Assembly: GCA_964626665.1 (NCBI GenBank)
Contig: CAZVGK010000021.1
Span: forward strand, 1-57,515
Length of the DNA stretch: 57,515 nucleotides
Source: an uncultured Gemmatimonadota bacterium
Lineage (GTDB): Bacteria; SM23-81; DAOVCL01
Direction: 5' to 3'
The position numbers and the translations under genes are program-made. Numbering within the stretch: position 1 is the first letter of the stretch; each line of letters opens with the position of its first letter. This document shows, one piece after another, positions 37,565-47,722 of this stretch. Under the pieces are notes generated by a model. That model was not told the DNA's origin. It saw only the letters and a program-made list of their open reading frames with translations, and searched no databases.

Positions 37565-38782
37565 TCATTTGGAAATACCCTCTTTAATAATTTCTTCATA
37601 AACTTGATTCATCTTGCTACAAATGATTTTCCAATTATATTTTCCTTCTATAAGTTTTCTCCCCGCCTTACCTATCTTTTCAGCTATATCTGGATTCCTT
37701 AAAAGCTCAATTGTCTTTTGAGCAAAATCCTGTGGACTATCAGCTATTAGAATATTTTCATTAGGAGTAACATCTATTCCCTCCGCTCCTATGGAAGTTG
37801 TGACAACGGCCTTACTTAAAGACAAGGCATTGAGAATCTTTAACTTAGTGCCACTCCCACTCCTTATGGGAGCAATGTAAACCGCAGCTTCTTCTACATA
37901 TGGTCTTACATCCTCTACAAATCCAGTATACCTAATACTTGAATTTATTTTTGAAATCTCAAATAACTTCTGAGGAGGTGAGGATCCCACAAATGTTACC
38001 TTGACATCGGGTATCTCCAATTGAATTAAGGATAATATCTCATCAACAAAATAATTAACTGCTTCCCGATTATAAAGCGATCTCATCCCACCAACCCAAA
38101 TAAGACTATTGGGAACTATTTTTATATTATTACCCTTGAAATACTCTGTATCAACACCATTAGGGATAATTGTAAACCTTCCATTAGGACATAAATTCTC
38201 TAATGCTTTTTTATCAAATTCCGAAACAGTGATGCACCTATCGAATTTGGAACACATCTTCTTTTCAAACTTGAAAAGCTTTAGATACTGAAGATACATA
38301 TACATCTTAGTTAGTATGTTTTTCTCAATTTCTGCCCATCTTAAAATCCGCAAAGATTCCACATTATGATCCACTAAAACGGTTGGATAAGCTTTAACAA
38401 CTTTAAAATATCGAGCTAAAGGCAACATATCTAAATGGACTATGTCTATCTTATATTCAGTAAGAACTTGTTCTATTTTTTTTCTCATCTCCTTTCTGTA
38501 ATATTTGTGGGCAACAAAGGGCAAAGGAGAGAACACATTAAAGAATAAAGAAAGAAAAAATCTCCATTTTTTAACATCTTCAGGAATTATGAAAAAGTCA
38601 ACCGTTTTGCAGAACTTTTTAAGAGGTCCGATATTAAGTTTTTCTTTGCTTTCAACAAATGCCAATAAATAAATGTTGTTGCCTTTGGAAATGCATTTTA
38701 GTGTATTATAAGTCCTGATAGTATGACCATGGTCTGGAGGATATGGATTCCTTGTTGAAACAAATAAGATATTCAATTTCAC
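37565..38782 (-). CDS. GT4 glycosyltransferase (exosortase-locus type)
   Basis: PYPPDHG, HNVES, IPNGVD, GSGTKLKILNA. Confidence 0.88.
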   Translation of the reverse strand: MKLNILFVSTRNPYPPDHGHTIRTYNTLKCISKGNNIYLLAFVESKEKLNIGPLKKFCKTVDFFIIPEDVKKWRFFLSLFFNVFSPLPFVAHKYYRKEMRKKIEQVLTEYKIDIVHLDMLPLARYFKVVKAYPTVLVDHNVESLRILRWAEIEKNILTKMYMYLQYLKLFKFEKKMCSKFDRCITVSEFDKKALENLCPNGRFTIIPNGVDTEYFKGNNIKIVPNSLIWVGGMRSLYNREAVNYFVDEILSLIQLEIPDVKVTFVGSSPPQKLFEISKINSSIRYTGFVEDVRPYVEEAAVYIAPIRSGSGTKLKILNALSLSKAVVTTSIGAEGIDVTPNENILIADSPQDFAQKTIELLRNPDIAEKIGKAGRKLIEGKYNWKIICSKMNQVYEEIIKEGISK

Positions 38783-39612
38783 TCTTGAAAGTTAAATTTT
38801 GACAATGATTTATGACCCTTACTAAGAATTATTCTGCTGATTTTCCGATAGTTTTGAAAACCTAACAGTTTCTTTAATCCATCACTAAGAATTTTTTTAA
38901 CCTTCAACATTGATAAAATAAAATAATTAGACTCAACAATTTTTGCAAATTTGGCTAAATCATAATGTTCAAAAATCTCTATTCTGCCATAAGTAAATTT
39001 GCCTCCCTGGAAAGAAAAATCTATGTCAGAAGTAAACACTGTTTTATAACCCACTTCTCTTGCAGTCTTAAGTACTCTGCTATTATATCTGCCGTGGGGT
39101 AAACTTAGAAAGTTAATTTTGTCGCCAATTTGCTTCTCAAGTATTGTTTTTGATTTTATCATTTCATTTTGTATTTCCCTTACGTCCAAATATTGAAGAG
39201 GACGATGTGTAAATGTATGAGATTGGATACTCATCCCTGAAGTTCTTAAATCAATAATTTGCTTCCAAGTTAACATATTGTCTTTGCCTATCCAGTCAAC
39301 AACAACAAAGAATGTTGCCATAAATCCATATTTTTTTAATATAGGTAGGGCATAAAGGTAATTTCCAGCATAACCATCATCAAAAGTTATAGCTACTTGC
39401 TTTTTATTGGCCTTTTTATCCCTATTCCTACTCACCAATATGGCATCATCAAGAGCAACACATTCGTATCCATTCTCATAGAGATATCGCATTTGAGACT
39501 CAAAGCTCAGAGTTGATAAACATCTCCCCTTGAAAACCGGCTTGCCCTCATTAACTTTTTCGATATTTGGCCGAATTTCATGGTACATCAGAATGGGTAA
39601 TAGACTTTTCAT
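38779..39612 (-). CDS. Polysaccharide deacetylase (CE4)
   Basis: ILMYH, ITFDDGY, QSHTFTH. Confidence 0.88.
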   Translation of the reverse strand: MKSLLPILMYHEIRPNIEKVNEGKPVFKGRCLSTLSFESQMRYLYENGYECVALDDAILVSRNRDKKANKKQVAITFDDGYAGNYLYALPILKKYGFMATFFVVVDWIGKDNMLTWKQIIDLRTSGMSIQSHTFTHRPLQYLDVREIQNEMIKSKTILEKQIGDKINFLSLPHGRYNSRVLKTAREVGYKTVFTSDIDFSFQGGKFTYGRIEIFEHYDLAKFAKIVESNYFILSMLKVKKILSDGLKKLLGFQNYRKISRIILSKGHKSLSKFNFQE

Positions 39613-39647
39613 ATCCTTTTGCAGCTTATTTTCAAGAAGGCCAATTT

Positions 39648-40478
39648 CTACATACCAATGAATTTTATCAAGAAATCTTCAATCGTCTCAAAATCAGAAT
39701 CAGAAAGCAACTGCCTTAGTTTAATCTCCGTTTTACTCAAATTGATATAATGACGAATTTTATACTTATATGGGATATCTACCCTTGGCTGTTTAAAATC
39801 AAATTCCCAGGGATGAAGATAAAAAACGACGGCTTCTCCATTTTTATTCAATTTCTTAAAGAAATATCGGAAATAAGAATACGGCAAAAGCCTGAAATAA
39901 CCTCCTCCACCAAGAGGCAGTCTTACATTGAACACCTTCACCGTGGAAAGGGGCACCTCTATCAATCCATTGTCGAAGGCAAAGGGCCGACTGCCCACTC
40001 CTTTAAAACCATATCTGTCATGAAAAGAGACAGGGAAAATGCTGGAATCGTATTTAAAACCACATTTTTTAAGGATGTCTATAGCCCAAATTGATTCCTG
40101 TGTAATGGAGAAATTGGATGCCCTATAACCCAATACCTCCTTACCAGTTATCCCCTCGAGAACTTGTTTAGACCTGAGTAAATCCTCTTCAAATTGTGTC
40201 TGCGTTTGATTGTAAACCAACTCATGGGAATACCCATGACTGGCTATTTCATTTCCTTCCTGGGAAATTCTTTTGACTAAATCCGGACATCTCTCGGCTA
40301 TCCACCCCAAGACAAAAAAAGTCGCCTTAGCATTATATTTTCGCAAAATTCTTAGAATTTTTAAAGTATTTTTCTCCACCCGCAGTTCATACTTGTCCCA
40401 ATCTCCCCTGGGAATTGCCGATCTGAGATTCTCCACTTGAAACCAGTCTTCTATGTCAAAACTTAGAGCATTGATCAA
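39648..40478 (-). CDS. Exosortase-locus polysaccharide deacetylase (DUF3473)
   Basis: SFDIEDWFQV, ATFFVLGW, SHGYSH, GGGGYFRL, YLHPWE. Confidence 0.9.
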   Translation of the reverse strand: MINALSFDIEDWFQVENLRSAIPRGDWDKYELRVEKNTLKILRILRKYNAKATFFVLGWIAERCPDLVKRISQEGNEIASHGYSHELVYNQTQTQFEEDLLRSKQVLEGITGKEVLGYRASNFSITQESIWAIDILKKCGFKYDSSIFPVSFHDRYGFKGVGSRPFAFDNGLIEVPLSTVKVFNVRLPLGGGGYFRLLPYSYFRYFFKKLNKNGEAVVFYLHPWEFDFKQPRVDIPYKYKIRHYINLSKTEIKLRQLLSDSDFETIEDFLIKFIGM

Positions 40479-41302
40479 AATATCCTTTTGCCTCTCTTTC
40501 TGAATTCTCTTACATCTTCCTTCTTAGGAAAAGAATAATAGCTTGATTCTACATTAGGATAATCAGAGTATCTTACTTCCCCGCTTTTGACCTGCCTCAA
40601 GGCCTCCAGCATCAGTTCTGCACCAATTTTTTTAGTTCGCTTCGTAAGAGAATTAAGGCTTTCTCCCTCTTTTATCTCCACATCTCTTTGCAGGATTATT
40701 TTCCCAGCATCGATTTTCTCATCCATAGTATGAATGGTGACACCAGTATACTTCTCATCGTGATATAAATTCCAGAAATTTGGCATCATCCCCCGATATT
40801 TAGGAAGTTTGGCTGTATGAATGTTAATACAACCATACCTAGGAAGTTTCAATAACGGTTTTTTAAATATCTTAGGAGCAGCGACTGAGACGATAAGATC
40901 CAAGTCTTTTTCAGCCATCTCCTGAAGAAAGTCAGTGCTGTTAATATCATCCCTTTTAATAACCTCTATGTCATAAAATCGGAAAGCCTGCTCTATAGTG
41001 TAAAACCTGGCTACTTTTAAGAATCCAAATATTTTCGCTAATAGCTTATGACCTATGAATCTTACTCCCATTCTCAGAAAGTCCTTTTGTCCGTAAAAGT
41101 TATACATCTGCCCAACCATTTTGCGTGACGACTTCTTACCCATAGTGTTACATATAACTACACCTTTTATCTCCTTTAGGTTGGGGTATTTTTTTAAGAA
41201 CTCCTCAAAAAATATTTTAGTATAAAAGGGATCCCGCTGAGTTATAAACAGGATATTAAAATTATCCTTTCTGCTCGATTTCAGCTTCTGGTTGTTTCCC
41301 AT
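40475..41302 (-). CDS. Sugar/polysaccharide formyltransferase (Fmt-like)
   Basis: INIHTAKLPKYRG, GVTIH...IDAG. Confidence 0.82.
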   Translation of the reverse strand: MGNNQKLKSSRKDNFNILFITQRDPFYTKIFFEEFLKKYPNLKEIKGVVICNTMGKKSSRKMVGQMYNFYGQKDFLRMGVRFIGHKLLAKIFGFLKVARFYTIEQAFRFYDIEVIKRDDINSTDFLQEMAEKDLDLIVSVAAPKIFKKPLLKLPRYGCINIHTAKLPKYRGMMPNFWNLYHDEKYTGVTIHTMDEKIDAGKIILQRDVEIKEGESLNSLTKRTKKIGAELMLEALRQVKSGEVRYSDYPNVESSYYSFPKKEDVREFRKRGKRIF

Positions 41303-42420
41303 ATTATACGCTTTTCTCCCCAAACGGTTTTTATAAAACTCACTGCTGAGGCTAAATTGACGACACAAAAATACAAAGGCAAAGAGAACAATTTAATCCT
41401 CAAGTTAAAATGGTCTACTATCCAACCCAAAAGGGCAAAAAGATAAAAGAAAACCTGGAGAATGAAAATCAGATTGTAGAATCTATTTCCTAAAAGGGCT
41501 AAATCAGCGAAAAACAAGATGATAGCAAAAAATGGAATTAGCCAACGCAAGACCTTATGCGAAAACAATTGGAAGGAGACAAACCCATATCTAAAAGGGT
41601 TTAACAAACCTTTTACACTCAAAAGACCATTCATACCTCTGGAAATCACTCTTATTCTCATATTAAACTCCTGAGAAGATCTCTCGGTCGTCTGCTCGTA
41701 TGCTATGGCCTCTGGTTCAAATGCTATACGATATCCTTTCCCCAAAATCTTTAATGGTTCTACTAAATCGCTGATAACATCTTTTCTTAGGGGCTCATAT
41801 AATTCCCTCCTTACCGAATAGATGCAGCCGCAGGCTCCGGTTATGGTTTTGATTCGGGTCTGTCTGCTTTTAATAAAATTCTCATACTTCCAAAAGAGAA
41901 TAGTGGCCAAACCGACCTGTGTGCCTTTTGGATCTATATATTCATACCTTCCACTAACCGCACCTACGGTATCGTCGTTATAATTGCGGACAAATTTCCT
42001 GATAGCATCTTCTTTGTATTCAGTGGTCACATCGGAAAAAATAATAACATCTCCCTTGGCTATCTTTACGGCTTGATTCTGGGTTTCCGTCTTCCCCACT
42101 CTCCCCTCAACCCGATGTAAGACAACGCCTCTATCATTGAATTCCCTAACAATCTCGTCAGTTCTATCCGTTGAGCCATCAGAGGCCACGATAATCTCCA
42201 GTTTGTCTTCAGGATAATCTAAGCTCAATGTATTTTCCAACTTTTTGTGGATGTTTCCCTCTTCGTTATAGGCGGTGATTAAAAAGGTCACTGAGGGCTC
42301 AATATCCATTTTATTAACTTTGTTATTAACCACCAAGGAGATGAGATAAATGAGGAGAGAATACCCAAAATATGTATATGCTATAATAAAGGCCATTAAC
42401 CAAAAGATAACCTTGGCCAT
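41281..42420 (-). CDS. GT2 glycosyltransferase with TM helices
   Basis: ITAYNEE, SDGSTD, FSD, HKVLRW. Confidence 0.88.
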   Translation of the reverse strand: MAKVIFWLMAFIIAYTYFGYSLLIYLISLVVNNKVNKMDIEPSVTFLITAYNEEGNIHKKLENTLSLDYPEDKLEIIVASDGSTDRTDEIVREFNDRGVVLHRVEGRVGKTETQNQAVKIAKGDVIIFSDVTTEYKEDAIRKFVRNYNDDTVGAVSGRYEYIDPKGTQVGLATILFWKYENFIKSRQTRIKTITGACGCIYSVRRELYEPLRKDVISDLVEPLKILGKGYRIAFEPEAIAYEQTTERSSQEFNMRIRVISRGMNGLLSVKGLLNPFRYGFVSFQLFSHKVLRWLIPFFAIILFFADLALLGNRFYNLIFILQVFFYLFALLGWIVDHFNLRIKLFSLPLYFCVVNLASAVSFIKTVWGEKRIIWETTRS

Positions 42421-42444
42421 TCCTTACCCCTTTTTCAAGTTAAA

Positions 42445-42860
42445 ATTAGCAATCAGCAATCAGTAACTTAGCCACTTACAGCGGACATCATTTTGACAGG
42501 ATAACAGGATTTACTGGAATTTTAACTTCCCCAAGGGAACACCGAAGGACACCGAAAATATGCATAAACCGCAACCAAATAACTCACCGCAAAGACGCAA
42601 AGAACGCAAAGTTTGCCACGGAACATCACGGATATCGTAGATCGGGGCATGTGAAAGACGAGAAACAAGAGCCGAATGCCAGTCACTGATTTCACTGATA
42701 GAACATGAATGACATGAATATAATGAAAAGCTGAAAGAAGAAAATAAACGAACCGCAGATGAATGCAGATTTGCGCGGATAAAATCATCGTTGCCCTTGC
42801 TGGTGTGTCTACTACGATTGAATCCCGAAATGCCGCTTTAGCCGAAGTTATGGCTTATCT
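42445..42860. repeat. Cluster of nested short-period repeats and MITE ends
   Basis: CAGCAAT heptamers, GACAGGATA, CCGAAAATATGCATAA, CCGCAACCAAA, CGCAAAG and CGCAGAT 9-mers. Confidence 0.6.
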
Positions 42861-42867
42861 ATACCTA

Positions 42868-43244
42868 TCACGAGATTTCAAGATAGCCTTTTTTATAATC
42901 CATCACAGTTCTAAAGTGCTTCAGGAAACTTAAACCAAGTAAACCCCGAATTCCAGCAAGTTCCGGAATGTCATGACAGATGACTTCCACCTTTCGGGCC
43001 TGAGCCTCGCCAACAGCTATACTTTCTACTTGAAGTTTCGGAACTTCAATCCACCATTCGCTGTAATGATCTCCTGACGCTCAGGGGCAACAGCAGGATC
43101 ATAACCAATGACCTTAAGCACAGACCAAGAAAGCGCGGTAAAAGCTGCTCCAGAGTCGAAAATCAAATCTATCCTAACTGAGCCTTTCGGGCCACAAATT
43201 TTGACATTTCTCACTACAATTGGGATACTGATGGGTAATCGCAT
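42868..43244 (-). pseudogene. Retropepsin-like (clan AA) aspartyl protease with a 1-nt frameshift near 43050
   Basis: LIFDSGA...TANG / IEVPKLQV...GLLGLSFLKHF...GYLEIS*. Confidence 0.8.
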
Positions 43245-43257
43245 GCAGGCCCCCTGA

Positions 43258-43467
43258 TCAAAACATTACCGAATAGCCTTCAGGAACTGGGGGACCAGCA
43301 AAGGTGATATAAATATCTTTAAGCTCACGTTTAACTAATTCCCTATCAAAAATTCGGCGATCTTTGTTGTGAAGGATTACCTTCCCTTCTGGATTATCGC
43401 TTTCGTCAAGGGCATGGAAGGCAATCCATTCCCCTTGATATCTGGATTTCGCTTCTTCAAGTTTCAT
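43258..43467 (-). CDS. Small DUF5678-like protein paired with the aspartyl protease
   Basis: RYQGEWIAF...GKVILH..D; GGAGGG RBS. Confidence 0.6.
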   Translation of the reverse strand: MKLEEAKSRYQGEWIAFHALDESDNPEGKVILHNKDRRIFDRELVKRELKDIYITFAGPPVPEGYSVMF

Positions 43468-43668
43468 CTTGATTTCCCTCCTTCCTTAATTGAAATTAGC
43501 CACCTACTGCGGGGTTTTTTGACAGGATAACAGGATTTACGGGATTCTTAATATCCCTATCCCTTCTATCCTGACAATCCTGTATATCCTGTTCCAAAAA
43601 AGATTTTCTATGCTATAAATTTAAGAAATATCCATATTTGTACTGATTTCATCTGTGTGTATCTGCGT

Positions 43669-44814
43669 TCATCTGCGGTTGACTATTTCCTTATTTCGAA
43701 GGATTTCTTGATAAACTTCTAAATATCTTTCAGCCATCTTCGTCGAAGAATAATCATCTCTCACCTTGTTATATGAGTTTTGGGTAATCCTATTTATTTT
43801 GCCATTGTTGGCTCTCAAAATGGAAATTATGGCATCAGCCAATGCCCTTACATCTTTTGGTTTGACCAGAACTCCCAATTTGCCCTGCTCCAAGATTTTG
43901 GGTATCTCTCCTACGCTAGTTGCAACTATTGGCTTTCGAGCAGCCATAGCTTCCAGTAAAACCATTGGTAAACCTTCAATTAGTGAGGGCAAGACAAAGA
44001 CATCCATTAAGGACAATATTTCGGGAATGTCTTTGCGGAAGCCAGTAAAAATGACCTTATCCTCCAGACCCATAGCCTTCGCTTGTTCCATCAATTTCTC
44101 TCTCAAGATACCATCTCCAACTATCAAGAAGGTGGTATCCAGGAATTTTTTTGAGACTTCTTTAGCTACCTGAAGAAGATAGATATGGCCTTTTTCCTTG
44201 GTAAGTCGTCCTATAGTGCCAACAATTTTATTACGAGGAGCTATTTTAAACTCCTCTCTAATATTTGTTTTCCGTATGCCCTTGAATCTGCTCAGATCAA
44301 TCCCGTTATTAATTACTGAAACCTTACTTTTAGGTATCCGGGAATCTAATATCTCTTCTTTTATTTCATCGGAAACAGCTATAATCTTATTGAATCTCCG
44401 GAGGATTATCTTATCTAATCTTTCATAAAATTTCATTTTGAAACCGCTTCCGATCCAATTGTGGCAGGTGGTGATCAGAGGTAATCGAGTAAATGATGCG
44501 GCCATCAAAGCATAGAAATTTGCCTTATACCCATGGCAGTGAATTAGGTCAATTCTTTTTCCCTTTATGAATTTCCTTATTTGCAACATCGCTCGAGGGT
44601 CAAATCTGCCATTACAAGGGAAAACTTTGGCTTTCAAGCTAAGCTCTTCTGCTCTATCGGCTACTTCTGTATGCGGGTTTTGTCGGTTTCTGAAAACTCC
44701 AACATGTAACTTAAGTCCCGCCTGGGACAATTCCTTTGACAGTTGAACAACAACATTCTCTGCTCCAAAGAAACCCGTGCTGCTGATAAGCTGTAATATA
44801 CGCAAAGGAATCAA
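43669..44814 (-). CDS. GT4 glycosyltransferase
   Basis: GAENVV, NGID, EKGH, EGLPMVLLEAMA. Confidence 0.9.
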   Translation of the reverse strand: MIPLRILQLISSTGFFGAENVVVQLSKELSQAGLKLHVGVFRNRQNPHTEVADRAEELSLKAKVFPCNGRFDPRAMLQIRKFIKGKRIDLIHCHGYKANFYALMAASFTRLPLITTCHNWIGSGFKMKFYERLDKIILRRFNKIIAVSDEIKEEILDSRIPKSKVSVINNGIDLSRFKGIRKTNIREEFKIAPRNKIVGTIGRLTKEKGHIYLLQVAKEVSKKFLDTTFLIVGDGILREKLMEQAKAMGLEDKVIFTGFRKDIPEILSLMDVFVLPSLIEGLPMVLLEAMAARKPIVATSVGEIPKILEQGKLGVLVKPKDVRALADAIISILRANNGKINRITQNSYNKVRDDYSSTKMAERYLEVYQEILRNKEIVNRR

Positions 44815-44823
44815 TTGGCACCC

Positions 44824-46161
44824 TCATAGCCTATGAGCTTCTAAATCGCCTGAGGCTTCAGATATTTTACTTTGTTGCAGTTGTTCCCTAATGAGGATAT
44901 TTCCCCGGACTACCAATGCCAAAAAAACCCAGAAGAATCCTCCAAGTTGGATATATGTGAATCTATCACCGAACAAATTTGAAACCATAATGGAAATTAC
45001 ACAGGCACAAAATCCTAACCCTAAGCCTTTTAAAAAGTTATCTGAACTTTTTCTGAATAATCGCCATCCATGCTTAAAGGATAAATAAAAGATATAAAGT
45101 AAGACAAGAAGGCCACAAATACCCTGCTCCACAAGAAATTGCAAATAAACATTATGAACATTTCCGTGAACATCGTATGTATATCGGAAGTTACTATATC
45201 CTATCCCTGTTACGGGATTTTTTAAAAATGAACTTGAGGCATTCTTCCAAAGTATTACTCTATCACCGGAAGAGGATTCTAACTCTCCTGATTCTGTTAT
45301 AGTCATTGTAATTCTTTCAACCACAGCATCAGGCAGTATTATAGTCCAATATGCTACTAGTAGAATTAACAACAATAATATTCGCCTATCCTTAACTACA
45401 CTTATGAATAATAGACCCGCAAAAGAAGCAGCATATGCTCCTCTTGAAAAACTCCAAATTAAAGGATAACATGAAAATAGAAAAGTTAATAAGTAAAAAC
45501 CGCGCCTAATTATATTCTTATCAAAATAAAAGAGTCCTAATGGGATAAAAAGAAAATGTGAAAAAAAGGATGCGAATTCATTTGGACCTAAATACGCAAA
45601 AGTCCCATACAATCCTCTTAAGTCATCTCTAAATTGCGTCACAGTTCTCCATCTAAAATCCTTCCAAAAATACCAGTCCATAAAGAAGATAGTCATTATC
45701 ATAACTAATGATAGTAGTACTATATATCTCTTCTCTTTGATGTTATTTAGTACTATGAGAAATAAGATTGGTGGAATTATAAAATTTTTCCAAGATAAGA
45801 AGGCCGCATTACTTAAAACAAAGGGATTCCCTGTTCCCAAAAATGCAGCACCAGTTAGAAGACCTAACCATGATATGATAATCAGCGCAAATATTGGTAT
45901 GTTGAATGGCGTTTTTTCTAAAAACTTATTATTCTTTTTATTAATAAACCATGATATAAAAAAAACTATTAAAAAAATATCGACAAAATCTTTACCCATC
46001 GGCAATTCATGCATTTTTACCAGAATATTCGTTAAAGGTAGCAATGGGATTAGAAATAGAATTCCTATTTCTATTTTCCTAAAAATCGTAATTAAGATTA
46101 CGAGTATAGAAAAACAATACAATAGTAAAGGTACATATTTTGTTAGTCCAAGGCCTAGCAT
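44824..46161 (-). CDS. O-antigen ligase/Wzy-like polymerase
   Basis: Multiple TM helices, SFSRGA, R...W, NPVTGIG, HNVYL. Confidence 0.82.
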   Translation of the reverse strand: MLGLGLTKYVPLLLYCFSILVILITIFRKIEIGILFLIPLLPLTNILVKMHELPMGKDFVDIFLIVFFISWFINKKNNKFLEKTPFNIPIFALIIISWLGLLTGAAFLGTGNPFVLSNAAFLSWKNFIIPPILFLIVLNNIKEKRYIVLLSLVMIMTIFFMDWYFWKDFRWRTVTQFRDDLRGLYGTFAYLGPNEFASFFSHFLFIPLGLFYFDKNIIRRGFYLLTFLFSCYPLIWSFSRGAYAASFAGLLFISVVKDRRILLLLILLVAYWTIILPDAVVERITMTITESGELESSSGDRVILWKNASSSFLKNPVTGIGYSNFRYTYDVHGNVHNVYLQFLVEQGICGLLVLLYIFYLSFKHGWRLFRKSSDNFLKGLGLGFCACVISIMVSNLFGDRFTYIQLGGFFWVFLALVVRGNILIREQLQQSKISEASGDLEAHRL

Positions 46162-46190
46162 AAGATTTTGAGATGTTCTTATTTAAAGAA

Positions 46191-46355
46191 CTTAGCTCCC
46201 TACGGTCGCTAACTTCCCATAGGGTCTCACCGACCCTATGGCGCTCCGCAATCCTGCGCTCGCTCGGATTGCTCCGCTGTCACCCTTGAAGGGGGCCTAC
46301 CCCCTTCAAACTATCCCCCCGACGTTTCGGAATTTCTTAGAAATTCCGAAACGTC
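46191..46355. mobile_element. TIR-less multi-hairpin element flanked by AA/AA
   Basis: Homologous to 24999-25160. Confidence 0.72.
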
Positions 46356-46371
46356 AACGTTAGTTTATCTT

Positions 46372-47538
46372 TTATAGATCAAGAAGGTTTTTATATAAGT
46401 TTCTATATTGTTTTGCCAGTGAATTGATTGAGAATTGGGTGCGGACTTTTCTTATTGCATTTTCTGATAGTTGTTTACGAAGTTGAATATCATCCATAAG
46501 ATGCATAATTTCTGTTGTTAGATATCTTGCGTCTGGTTTTTCTACAATAATGCCGTCTTTCCCATGCTCTATTATGTCTTCGGTTACACCTTTAATTCTA
46601 AGTGCTATTACTGGAAGGCCACATGCCATAGCTTCCACGACTGCCGTACCAAAACCCTCTGCTCGTGAAGGAAAAACGAAGATGTCGGACGCTTTCAAAT
46701 AATCTGCTACGGAATGTTGTTGACCAAGAAAAATAATGTTTTTACTGGATGAGTTTTCTATTATCTTTTTGAGCCGTAAATCAAACATTTTTTGTTTCTT
46801 GGTGACGCTACCTTTAGTCTCATAAGGTCCAATCATCAAGAGTGTTGTGTTGCTATGCTTCTTTACGACTTCATCCCAGGCATCAAAAAGAAGGTCACAT
46901 CCTTTGCCAAGACGTATTCTTCCAATAAAAGATACAATAATTGCATCAGCTGGAAGTTTAAGAGATTGACGCAGCCTATTTTTCCCCTCGGAGGATATGG
47001 GTGTAAAAGTAGTAATATCCACCCCGTTTGGAATTAACGACAAACGAGACGGTGGTATTCTGGCACTAGTGCATGACCTTTTTAGAGCGGTGCTCATACA
47101 AATTACTCTATCGGCGTATTTTAAAAGATTGCCCTCGATGCTCCAGAGAAATGAATTTTTCTTGAGAGATTGTGGGTCATCGAACCCAAACGATGTTAAT
47201 TTCACAATAACTGGTTTTTTCAAAAGCTTGCAGACGGAAAAAGCCAAAAAAGAGAAGGGCCATATGGAATGAAAATGTACTATATCGTAATTGGCCTTTT
47301 CTTTTATCAATCTAAGAACTATCTGTAAACTAAAGAACAAATAATGCCTTCTAACCGGTTTTACCGTCTTAAATCTAGTCACTGGGAACCCTTCTACATA
47401 TTCAAATTTAGGTGAATTAACCCAATTTATCGATATAAACTCACAATCGATACCTTCTCTTCGAAGAGCCTTAGCTAACGTTAAAGCCTGTTTGCCTGCG
47501 CCACCATGCACAGGGGGGAAAAGTGTAAGAATCATCAA
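46372..47538 (-). CDS. GT4 glycosyltransferase
   Basis: PPVHGGA, IPNGVD, EGFGTAVVEAMACG. Confidence 0.88.
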   Translation of the reverse strand: MMILTLFPPVHGGAGKQALTLAKALRREGIDCEFISINWVNSPKFEYVEGFPVTRFKTVKPVRRHYLFFSLQIVLRLIKEKANYDIVHFHSIWPFSFLAFSVCKLLKKPVIVKLTSFGFDDPQSLKKNSFLWSIEGNLLKYADRVICMSTALKRSCTSARIPPSRLSLIPNGVDITTFTPISSEGKNRLRQSLKLPADAIIVSFIGRIRLGKGCDLLFDAWDEVVKKHSNTTLLMIGPYETKGSVTKKQKMFDLRLKKIIENSSSKNIIFLGQQHSVADYLKASDIFVFPSRAEGFGTAVVEAMACGLPVIALRIKGVTEDIIEHGKDGIIVEKPDARYLTTEIMHLMDDIQLRKQLSENAIRKVRTQFSINSLAKQYRNLYKNLLDL

Positions 47539-47722
47539 TATTTTAATCTTATCTCTCCTTTTCCAACTAATAGATAAGTTTTATCCTTAGCACCAGGTGA
47601 CGAATGTCATGTTTTTAGGAAAACTTGCTCTCGTATACCAGCTCCACCGTGAAGGGTGGAAAATACTAATCATACATACTGTTATTTGCTGATTATTTTC
47701 CACGATGCACTATCTATCTTTA

